64,000 bases of DNA from Acidobacteriota bacterium. Its GTDB lineage: Bacteria; Acidobacteriota; Vicinamibacteria; Vicinamibacterales; 2-12-FULL-66-21. This document shows, piece after piece, positions 49,266 through 56,882 of the stretch. Made by a program: the position numbers and the translations under genes. The stretch's first letter is position 1. Every line of letters begins with the position of its first letter. The stretch is from positions 29,474 through 93,473 of the forward strand of contig JBKPCD010000132.1 of the NCBI GenBank assembly GCA_046727175.1, read 5' to 3'. The notes below the pieces were generated by a model. It ran no database searches. It was given only the letters and a program-made list of their open reading frames with translations, and was not told the DNA's origin.

Positions 49266-50162
49266 ATGGCCTGGTTCAAGAAACCACGCAAGCCCATCGA
49301 GCCGCCCGACAAGCAAAGCCGCGTGCCCGAAGGCCTGTGGGTGAAATGCCCGTCCTGCGCGCAGATCATCTACAACAAGGATCTCGCCGCGAACCTGAGT
49401 GTCTGTTCCAAGTGCAGTCATCATTTCCGGATGGGCGCCGTCGATCGGCTGCGGTCGCTCTTCGACGGAACGTGGGAGGAACACGATCGAGGGCTGGCGT
49501 CAACGGATCCGTTGACATTCACCGACACCAAGCCATACCGCACGAGGCTCGACGACGGCACGACCGCAACCGGGCTCAAGGACGCGGTAGTCACGGCGAC
49601 CGGTGGCGTCGACGGCATCGAGACGGTCGTTGCTGCGATGGAGTACGGCTTCATCGGCGGAAGCATGGGGGTGGTCGTCGGCGAGAAGATCACACGTGCC
49701 ATCGAACGCGCGATTGCCGGGCGGCAGCCGCTGGTGGTCGTGTCATGCTCCGGTGGCGCGCGCATGATGGAGGGAGCACTCTCGCTGATGCAGATGGCCA
49801 AAATCAGCGGCGCGCTCGCGCGATTGGATCGCGCGCGGTTGCCATACGTGTCGGTCCTCACGGATCCGACGACCGGCGGCGTCACGGCAAGCTTCGCGAT
49901 GCTGGGCGACGTCAACATCGCCGAGCCGAAGGCGCTCATCGGCTTCGCCGGCCCGCGCGTGATCGAGCAGACGATCCGTCAGAAGCTGCCCGAAGGCTTT
50001 CAGCGGAGCGAGTTCCTGCTGGAGCGCGGGATGCTCGACATGGTCGTCGATCGCCGCGAGCTGAAGAACGTGATTTCGCGCGTGCTGAAATTCACTATCA
50101 CCCCACGTCCGATCGCGGTGCCCGTTGTTGCCGCACCGATGCCTGAGATCGCGGGAAGCTGA
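49266..50162 (+). CDS. accD: Acetyl-CoA carboxylase carboxyltransferase beta subunit
   Basis: N-terminal zinc ribbon CPSCAQIIY...CSKCSHH, then GGSMGVVVGEKI and SGGARMMEG. Confidence 0.95.
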   Translation: MAWFKKPRKPIEPPDKQSRVPEGLWVKCPSCAQIIYNKDLAANLSVCSKCSHHFRMGAVDRLRSLFDGTWEEHDRGLASTDPLTFTDTKPYRTRLDDGTTATGLKDAVVTATGGVDGIETVVAAMEYGFIGGSMGVVVGEKITRAIERAIAGRQPLVVVSCSGGARMMEGALSLMQMAKISGALARLDRARLPYVSVLTDPTTGGVTASFAMLGDVNIAEPKALIGFAGPRVIEQTIRQKLPEGFQRSEFLLERGMLDMVVDRRELKNVISRVLKFTITPRPIAVPVVAAPMPEIAGS

Positions 50163-50174
50163 CCGTGCGCTCGC

Positions 50175-50347
50175 ATCCCTAATCCCTGATCACTGATCGC
50201 GAATCGCTCATCCTCGGATCCTTGACTCCTGAATCCTCGGATTCTTGAATCGTACCGAGCCCCGAGCCCCGAGCCCCGAGCCCCGAGCCCCGAGCCCCGA
50301 GCCCCGAGCCCCGGCCCCGGTCTCCGGCCCCGGCCCCGGTCTCCGGC
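50175..50347. repeat. Three consecutive period-7 arrays including a perfect (GAGCCCC)x8 microsatellite
   Basis: ATCNNNN x11 (50175-50251), GAGCCCC x8 perfect (50257-50312), then GGCCCCGGTCTCC-type units to 50347. Fills the convergent accD/kinase spacer. Confidence 0.9.
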
Positions 50348-50355
50348 CCCGGCCG

Positions 50356-50991
50356 TCAGGTTCGCGGCACGTAGTATCTCGTGCCCTTGTTCATCGTCCG
50401 CAGCTGACGCTCGAGATCCGCAAGCGCCGCCTCTCCCCACGACAGATCGAACTGTGACGTTTCGACGACGAGGAGGGGCGTTGCGCAGTAGTGAAAGAAG
50501 AAGTGGTTGTAGGCCTCGTTCAGTTCGCGGACGTAGCTGTCATCCGGCACGTCCATCTCCGGGTCCGCGCGCGCGCGCTCGCGCAGGCGGCGGCGCAGGA
50601 CGTCCGTCGGTGCCTGTAAATAGATGACGAGGTCCGGCGATGGCAGGTCGGGCGCCAGCAGCTCGTACAACCGCTGATAGATGAACAGCTCGTTGTCGTC
50701 GAGGTTCAAATACGCGTAGATCTTGTCGCGCTCGAACAGGTAGTCGCAAATCGTCAGCTGACTGAAGAGATCCGACTGGCGCAGCTGCATCTGCTGGCGG
50801 TGTCTGGCAAGCGTGAAGAACAACTGTGCCTGAAACGCCGCCCCGGCGCGGCCCGCATGGAAGTCCGCGAGGAAGGGATTGTCGCTGTCGTCGAGGACAA
50901 CCGTCGCGTCGAGCCGGGCGCCAAGACGATCCGTCAGCAACGACTTGCCGACGCCGACCGGTCCCTCGACGGCGATATATCGGAAGTTCAA
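50356..50991 (-). CDS. Deoxynucleoside kinase family protein
   Basis: 211 aa with P-loop IAVEGPVGVGKS, the DRY/ERD-like segment FERDKIYA and an Arg-rich lid RRRLRERAR. Confidence 0.8.
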   Translation of the reverse strand: MNFRYIAVEGPVGVGKSLLTDRLGARLDATVVLDDSDNPFLADFHAGRAGAAFQAQLFFTLARHRQQMQLRQSDLFSQLTICDYLFERDKIYAYLNLDDNELFIYQRLYELLAPDLPSPDLVIYLQAPTDVLRRRLRERARADPEMDVPDDSYVRELNEAYNHFFFHYCATPLLVVETSQFDLSWGEAALADLERQLRTMNKGTRYYVPRT

Positions 50992-51168
50992 GACTCGTTG
51001 AAGTATACATTCTAAGAACCGTACTTAGTGTTCGCGGGGCCCCGCTCGCGGCGGCTCGACTCGCTCCGCTTCCGCCTTCGCGCGAGCGCTACGGCGAAAC
51101 CTCGACGAAGCTCAAAGAGCGAAGTCGGGCACTCGCCGCAGCCGCAGGCGCTGCGATAGCATTGTGCG

Positions 51169-52278
51169 GTGCGGATCGAACGTCTCGAGCTGCGGCAGCT
51201 CAAGCTGCCGCTTGTCCGATTCTTCGAAACGAGCTTTGGCCGGATCCACGATCGCGAGTTCCTGCTGGTTACCGTAGACGACAACGGCGCGAGCGGTGTC
51301 GGTGAGTGCGTCGCTGACGCGAATCCGTACTACAGCGCCGAAACGACCGAGACGGCGTGGCACATCATTTCGGAGTTCATTGCCCCCCTCGTGCTAGGGC
51401 GCGTCTTCGATCAACCGCGCGACCTCTTCTCGGCGCTTGCGCTCGTTCGCGGGCACAACATGGCGAAGGCAGCCGTCGAGATGGCCGTGTGGGATCTCTT
51501 TGCCCGCCAGCAAGGGCGGCCCTTGCGCGAGGTGCTCGGAGGCCTGCGCACCTCGATCGAATCCGGTGTCTCGATTGGCATACAGGATTCGCTGGAGGAG
51601 CTCGTCGAGCGGGTCGAGATCGAGCGCGCCGCCGGCTACCGGCGGATTAAAATCAAGATCAAACCCGGCTGGGACGTGTCGGCGGTGGAAATCATCCGCG
51701 AGCGGTGCGGGAACATTCCGCTGATGGTCGATGCGAACGCTGCCTACGATGCACGTGATGCGGCGCATCTCGCGGAGCTCGATCGATTCGACCTGATGAT
51801 GATCGAGCAGCCGCTCGACTACGACGACGTTCGCGACCATGCACGCCTGCAACGGCAGATCAAGACTCCAGTCTGCCTCGACGAATCGATTCACACCGTG
51901 AAGGTGGCCGAGGAGGCGATCAAGCTTGGCGCGTGCCGCATCATCAACATCAAGCCGGGCAGGGTCGGCGGACACTGGCAATCGGTGCTGCTGCACGACC
52001 TGGCCGCGCGCCACGGGATTCCGGTCTGGCACGGCGGCATGCTCGAGAGCGGTATCGGTCGCGCGCACAATCTTCACCTGTCGACGCTGCCGAACTTCTC
52101 GCTGCCCGGTGATGTCGCCGCGAGCCGCCGGTACTACGCGCCCGATCTGATCGAACCGGGTATCGACGTGCGCCCCGATGGGACGATCGAGGTGCCTTCG
52201 GGACCCGGAATTGGCGTGCACGTCGACAACCATCGGGTCGACGCCGCAACTCAGCGGCGGCTGGAGATGAGAGCGTAA
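51169..52278 (+). CDS. menC: Enolase-superfamily o-succinylbenzoate synthase / N-acylamino-acid racemase
   Basis: 369 aa. KIKIKPGWD, metal ligands in VDANAAY, MMIEQPL and CLDES, then IKPGRVGG. GTG start. Confidence 0.75.
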   Translation: MRIERLELRQLKLPLVRFFETSFGRIHDREFLLVTVDDNGASGVGECVADANPYYSAETTETAWHIISEFIAPLVLGRVFDQPRDLFSALALVRGHNMAKAAVEMAVWDLFARQQGRPLREVLGGLRTSIESGVSIGIQDSLEELVERVEIERAAGYRRIKIKIKPGWDVSAVEIIRERCGNIPLMVDANAAYDARDAAHLAELDRFDLMMIEQPLDYDDVRDHARLQRQIKTPVCLDESIHTVKVAEEAIKLGACRIINIKPGRVGGHWQSVLLHDLAARHGIPVWHGGMLESGIGRAHNLHLSTLPNFSLPGDVAASRRYYAPDLIEPGIDVRPDGTIEVPSGPGIGVHVDNHRVDAATQRRLEMRA

Positions 52279-54428
52279 TGCGCGGAAGTCGTTCGGGGTT
52301 CATTGGTATAGTGCTGGGCGGGACGTTGGCCGCGGCGTGCGCGAGCGCGCCGCCGGCAGCACCGCCGCCGGGCGCGACCGTACCGCTCCAGAAGAAGATG
52401 GCGTGGATGCTGCAACTCGAGGATCAACGCGTCCTCCGTCTTCCGCCACCTCCCCCTCCGGTCGAACCACCCGTCGCCCGGGGACGGCCCCGCGTTGCAC
52501 CGGCGCCGATACCACCTTCGTCGTCGGCCGATCTCACGGTGCTCGTCAAGGATGCCGATTCACGCGTGCGGCGACGCGCCGCGCTCGCGATCGGTCGCGT
52601 GGGCCTTTCCGAAGGCGTGCCGCCCCTCGTTGCAACGCTTGCCGATTCGGACCCCGACGTTCGGGGGATGGCGGCGTTTGGGCTCGGCCTGATTGGCGAT
52701 TCGTCTGCAGAACCGTCGCTCGTTCCGTTGCTCGCGGATCCAGCGCCACTCGTGCGCGGACGCGCCGCCGAGGCGCTCGGGCTCATCGGTGGGAGAGGCG
52801 CCGCCGCCGCAATAGGCCGCCTGGCTGGTGAATACGTGCGCAGCGCGCCCGTGACCGCGATGGAGCCGGATGATATGTCGTGGCCGGCTGCGCCAGAGGC
52901 GGAGGCATTCAAGCTTGCGGTATTCGCGCTCGTGCGGTTGAGTGCCTACGATCCGCTCGCGAGCGCCGTGCTCGACGGCACACGACCGCTCTCGATGTGG
53001 TGGCCGGTCGCGTATGCGCTGCAGCGCGTCGAGGACGCGCGCGCAGCACCCGCGCTGCTGGAGCTCCTGCAGGCGCCCGGAACGTACACGCGCGCGTTCG
53101 CGGCGCGCGGGCTCGGCGCATTGAAGCATGGTCCGGCGGCGAAGCCCCTCGCCGCGCTGCTCGATCCGAAGGCGAAGACGCCGCTCGAGGTGATGGTGGC
53201 AGCCATTCGCGCCGTCGCGCAGTTAGGAGACGGTTCAGCCAACGAGTCTCTTGCGACGTTGGCAGGCGATTCACGAGTTCAACCCAATGTCCGGCTCGAG
53301 GCGGTCAACGCCCTTGCCGTCCTGCACGCGACCGAGGGGCTGCCGATCGTGCAGGACTTGATGACCGACGACTGGCCGACCATGCGCGGGGCGGCGCTGC
53401 GAGCGGTCGCTGCGATCGATCGCGATGACTTCATTACCGTCCTGTCCGGACTCGAACCAGATCGCGACTGGCGTGTCCGTGCGGCGCTGGCCGACGTTCT
53501 TGCGACGCTGCCACCCGACATCGCGCTCGAGCGCGAGCGATCGATGCTCCAGGACGATGACAAGCGGGTGATCGTTGCGGTCCTCGGCGGGCTTGCGAAG
53601 CTCCACGCTCCCGATCTTGCAGCGATTCTGCTGGGACGTCTGAAGGATTCCGACTTCGCAGTCCGTGCGGCTGCGGCGCACCATCTCGGCCAGCTTAAGC
53701 CGGCAAATGCCGCGGAAGCGCTCCGAGAGGCGTATAGGGCAGGGCTGCCGGACGCGGCTTACTCGGCGCGCGCCGCGGCGATCGAGGCGCTCGCGGAGTA
53801 CGGCGCCGCCGAAGCGCGCGAGACGTTGAAGGCCGCGCTCGGCGACAAGGACTGGGCGATTCGGGTCCGTGCCGCTGAGCTCCTCACGAAGCTCGATCCG
53901 TCGACTGACGCCCGCACGATCATCCGGCCGGCGCCGGGTGATCCGCCCGCGCCGTACGATGATTCGCAACTCGCCGCGCCGGAGTTCTCGCCGCACGTGT
54001 TCATCGAGACGGCGAAGGGCACCATTGAAATCGAGCTTGCGGTCCTCGACGCCCCGCAGACCACACTCAATTTCATGACGCTCGTGCGGAAGGGCTTCTT
54101 CAATGGGCTGCAGGTCCCGCGCGTCGTGGTCAATTTCGTCGTCCAGGACGGCGATCCGCGCGGCGACGGTGACGGAGGGCCAGGCTACTCGATCCGCGAT
54201 GAGCTGAATCAGCGGCCGTATCTTCGCGGGACCGTCGGGATGGCGCTCGAGTCGTGGAGGGACACGGGCGGCAGTCAGTTCTTCATCACGCATTCACCAC
54301 AGCCGCATCTCGATGGGCGCTACACGGTTTTCGGCCACGTCATCAACGGCATGGAGGTGGTCGATCGGATTCAGCAGGGCGATGTGATCCAGCGTATCCG
54401 CGTGTGGGATGGAAAGTCGTGGCAGTAA
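52278..54428 (+). CDS. HEAT-repeat protein fused to a C-terminal cyclophilin-type peptidyl-prolyl isomerase
   Basis: 716 aa. Signal/lipoprotein-like N-terminus (GTLAAAC), many D..VR..AA.ALG HEAT-like units, and a C-terminal cyclophilin core FHRV-type region ...FVVQDGDPRGDGDGGPGY...GTVGMA...GSQFFIT....LDGRYTVFGHV. The start overlaps the menC stop (TAATG). Confidence 0.8.
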   Translation: MRGSRSGFIGIVLGGTLAAACASAPPAAPPPGATVPLQKKMAWMLQLEDQRVLRLPPPPPPVEPPVARGRPRVAPAPIPPSSSADLTVLVKDADSRVRRRAALAIGRVGLSEGVPPLVATLADSDPDVRGMAAFGLGLIGDSSAEPSLVPLLADPAPLVRGRAAEALGLIGGRGAAAAIGRLAGEYVRSAPVTAMEPDDMSWPAAPEAEAFKLAVFALVRLSAYDPLASAVLDGTRPLSMWWPVAYALQRVEDARAAPALLELLQAPGTYTRAFAARGLGALKHGPAAKPLAALLDPKAKTPLEVMVAAIRAVAQLGDGSANESLATLAGDSRVQPNVRLEAVNALAVLHATEGLPIVQDLMTDDWPTMRGAALRAVAAIDRDDFITVLSGLEPDRDWRVRAALADVLATLPPDIALERERSMLQDDDKRVIVAVLGGLAKLHAPDLAAILLGRLKDSDFAVRAAAAHHLGQLKPANAAEALREAYRAGLPDAAYSARAAAIEALAEYGAAEARETLKAALGDKDWAIRVRAAELLTKLDPSTDARTIIRPAPGDPPAPYDDSQLAAPEFSPHVFIETAKGTIEIELAVLDAPQTTLNFMTLVRKGFFNGLQVPRVVVNFVVQDGDPRGDGDGGPGYSIRDELNQRPYLRGTVGMALESWRDTGGSQFFITHSPQPHLDGRYTVFGHVINGMEVVDRIQQGDVIQRIRVWDGKSWQ

Positions 54429-54433
54429 AACAC

Positions 54434-54520
54434 AGAAGCTAGAATTCAGAGTGAGCACTCCCGCCGATCGGGATCATTTGGGAGGCTCACGGTCACTCTA
54501 GCTTCTAACTTCTCGCTTCT
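54434..54520. repeat. AGAAGNN-type imperfect palindrome plus three NNCTTCT heptamers
   Basis: agaagctaga (54434-54443) pairs perfectly with tctagcttct (54497-54506), and the inner gagtgagc/gctcac also pairs. Followed by aacttct cgcttct. Confidence 0.7.
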
Positions 54521-54540
54521 GGCAAGCGTCGGGACAAACA

Positions 54541-54568
54541 AAAAGGGGGCGACGGCCGCCCCCTTTTT
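54541..54568. terminator. Bidirectional intrinsic terminator
   Basis: AAAA-GGGGGCG-acggc-CGCCCCC-TTTTT: a 7-bp GC stem flanked by an A run and a T run. It sits between the convergent PPIase gene and micro-ORF 54585..54635. Confidence 0.8.
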
Positions 54569-54584
54569 CAGCGGGTGAAATGGC

Positions 54585-54635
54585 TCAGCGCTTCTTGCCG
54601 CCCTTCTTCTTCCCGCCCTTGGCCTTCTTCGCCAT
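54585..54635 (-). CDS. Micro-ORF encoding 16-aa polycationic peptide MAKKAKGGKKKGGKKR
   Basis: ATG preceded by AAGGGGGGG plus a 9-nt spacer. The TGA is followed 16 nt later by the 54541..54568 terminator. Its paralogue at 54894..54947 differs only by synonymous changes and one codon. Confidence 0.6.
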   Translation of the reverse strand: MAKKAKGGKKKGGKKR

Positions 54636-54843
54636 TACGATTATCCCCCCCTTCACGCGTGGGCTTCGTGCGAGGAGCTCTCACCGCTTTGCGGCGCCGC
54701 TGCCTTCTGGCACGCCGGCCCGCCTTCGTCGGCGCTCTTCGCTTCCTTGCTTACGTCCGCGATCGCGATCGCATCGCGTCCGATCGCGGATTCACTCTCG
54801 CGATCCATCAGAGGGCATCGGGCACGCGAGAGAGTCAGCATCC

Positions 54844-54876
54844 AAAAAAAAGGGGGTGTCAGCTCGCGACACCCCC
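54844..54876 (-). terminator. Intrinsic terminator after micro-ORF 54894..54947
   Basis: On the minus strand: GGGGGTGTC-gcgagct-GACACCCCC followed by TTTTTTTT. Confidence 0.8.
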
Positions 54877-54893
54877 GGACCGGCAGGCGGCTC

Positions 54894-54947
54894 TTAGCGT
54901 TTCTTCCCGCCCTTTTTCTTGCCGCCTTTCGCAGTCTTCTTCGCCAT
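54894..54947 (-). CDS. Micro-ORF encoding 17-aa polycationic peptide MAKKTAKGGKKKGGKKR
   Basis: Canonical AAGGAGG 4 nt before the ATG. It has its own sigma-70-like promoter and its own terminator, and is a paralogue of 54585..54635. Confidence 0.65.
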   Translation of the reverse strand: MAKKTAKGGKKKGGKKR

Positions 54948-55041
54948 TATTCCTCCTTGGAATGTGGCAGCTCAGCTTTGTTACCGGTTACCGAGGGTCA
55001 CCACAGGTGGGCTGAGCGGTCCACCCTCATACAAGATATAG

Positions 55042-55069
55042 ATTATGGATGAGAAAAATCGAGTGTCAA
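55042..55069 (-). promoter_or_regulatory. Sigma-70-type promoter for the micro-ORF unit
   Basis: Minus strand TTGACA (55069-55064), 16-nt spacer, CATAAT (55047-55042). It is located just downstream of the T-rich end of the ddl/TPR operon and predicts a ~90-nt leader. Confidence 0.5.
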
Positions 55070-55202
55070 GCACAAAGTGCGCAAAATGTCAAAAAAAAGA
55101 ACGGCGATCACCGATCCTTTGCATCGCTGAATGCGCGAGTGTGGAGATCCCACGAAGAACCCGACGTGTGAACGATGAACTTTGGACCCTGAACCTCGAA
55201 CC

Positions 55203-56882
55203 CTACTTCGACAGTCGCGCGAGCGCGCGTGAGGCGGCATTGCGCGTCTCTTCGGCGGCGCCGAAGAGCGTCGACGCGACGCGATACCACGCGATCGCCT
55301 GATCGCGTTCCCCGGCGCGCTCGCGCAGCCGTGCGGCTTCGAGATAGGCGGTCGCGAGAATCGGCGGCGGACATTCGCGCGCGCCCTGAATCGACAGCTC
55401 GAACTGTGTCAGCGCTCCTGCATCGTCACGTCGCGCCTGGAGGACCCGTCCGAGACGATAGTGCGCAACCGGATCCTGCGGGTTGAGCGCCACCGAGCGC
55501 TCGAGCGCGGCGCTCGCGGCTGGCAGGTCGTCCTTCTCGAGCCGGCGCCAGCCTTCGAGCGAGAGTCGATACGCGTCCGCCTTGCGCACGTCCGGCCGAT
55601 GGCGGATCCGTTCCGCCGCCTGACCGCGGATGTCGAAGGGATCGTCCGGTGGCGCGCTCGTCGTCGCGCTCCGGTAGGCCGCTGTTGCTGCCGGCCGAGC
55701 ACCCAGGCGGTCGTATGCCTCCCCAAGGCGCAGATACGCCAGACCCAGCGACGAATACGGCGCAGCCGGCCTCGCCGCCGTGATTCCCTGCAGCTGTTCG
55801 ATTGCGTGATCCGTTTGGTGCAGCGCTTCGAGCTGGCGAGCCGATCCGAGACGCGCCTGCACTTCGGCAATGCCGGAGGCGTTCACCCGCTGTTCGCGCG
55901 CCATCGACAGCAGCGCGCGCCACGTATCGAGGCTCCGCATCACATCGTGTTCGTAGGCGTCCTGGATTTCGGCAATCTGCATCAGAAAGAGCGGATTGCC
56001 CGGATAGCGCCGCTGGAGACCGCGCAGCAGCTCGAGCGCGCGATCCGTCTGGCGCTCGTACCAGAGATACACGAGGTGCAGCTGGTAGTCCGCTTCTCCT
56101 TGCAGCAGGCGCCCCTCGTTGCGGGCGCGCAGCATCTGCTCGAGGCCTTCATCGCGATCGCCGCCTGGCAGCAAGAGGAGAAACCGCAGAATCCGCGCGC
56201 CGGCAGGTGCGACGTCGGCATAGTACTTATAGAGGCCGATGCCGAAATAGGCGTCGTCGAGTCCAGGCGCGAGTTCGACGGCTCGTTCGAGAGCGTGCTT
56301 GATCCGCTTGCCGTCGCGGGCTGCGGCGAGCTTGTCATCCCGAAGGACCCGAAACTGCACGCGCGTCGCATACGCGCCTCCGAGATAGAACCAGGCTTCG
56401 GCGTCGTCCGGGTTTCGGCGCGTCCATTCCTCGGTCGAGCGGATTGCGCGTTCGACCGAGGCGAGGAACTCCTCATCGAGCGTTCGGCTGAACGGGTCGA
56501 GCAGGATGCGCCACCACAAGGCGGTCGCGTCGAGCACGTCACACGCCTCGCGCGGCGCCGGACCGCAGGCGCGGCGCAACTCCGCGTCCACTTGATCGAA
56601 TCGGGCGTCGAGGATGAATTCGTAGACGCGCGCAAGCGCGTCTTCGCCGCGCAGATCCGGCGGGTTTTCGACTGGAGAGGCCGCGTGCTCCCTGCCGACA
56701 GGCGGTCTTGTGCGCTGAGCGGCGGAGGCTTCGCGCGCCTCCGATGGATGGACGTGAATCAAGGTGACCGTAATCGCGACGAGCGCCGCCACCAGCTCTC
56801 GACAGCGCCTCGCGGTGGCGCTCCACGCCCCACTGCGCACAGAACGCGCGGCGGGGATCCCCCTACGCCGTTCCACGGTCAT
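55203..56882 (-). CDS. TPR-repeat protein with N-terminal membrane anchor/signal
   Basis: 559 aa. Hydrophobic segment LVAALVAITVTLI, then multiple TPR-like A..Y..A helix pairs. The ATG overlaps the ddl stop (ATGA). Confidence 0.65.
   Translation of the reverse strand: MTVERRRGIPAARSVRSGAWSATARRCRELVAALVAITVTLIHVHPSEAREASAAQRTRPPVGREHAASPVENPPDLRGEDALARVYEFILDARFDQVDAELRRACGPAPREACDVLDATALWWRILLDPFSRTLDEEFLASVERAIRSTEEWTRRNPDDAEAWFYLGGAYATRVQFRVLRDDKLAAARDGKRIKHALERAVELAPGLDDAYFGIGLYKYYADVAPAGARILRFLLLLPGGDRDEGLEQMLRARNEGRLLQGEADYQLHLVYLWYERQTDRALELLRGLQRRYPGNPLFLMQIAEIQDAYEHDVMRSLDTWRALLSMAREQRVNASGIAEVQARLGSARQLEALHQTDHAIEQLQGITAARPAAPYSSLGLAYLRLGEAYDRLGARPAATAAYRSATTSAPPDDPFDIRGQAAERIRHRPDVRKADAYRLSLEGWRRLEKDDLPAASAALERSVALNPQDPVAHYRLGRVLQARRDDAGALTQFELSIQGARECPPPILATAYLEAARLRERAGERDQAIAWYRVASTLFGAAEETRNAASRALARLSK

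Noticed and set aside
50257-50312. Possible CRISPR array (also considered for 27431..27596 and 9157..9319)
   Set aside because: The units are 7-9 nt and directly abutting, with no unique spacers. There are no cas genes in the window. These are micro/minisatellite-type arrays, not CRISPR.
54575-55015. 146-aa plus-strand ORF (and 54580..54897) spanning the micro-ORF region
   Set aside because: It is the antisense read-out of the Lys/Gly micro-ORFs (poly Phe/Pro/Leu from CTT/GCC codons) and crosses two intrinsic terminators. It has no SD or start context.
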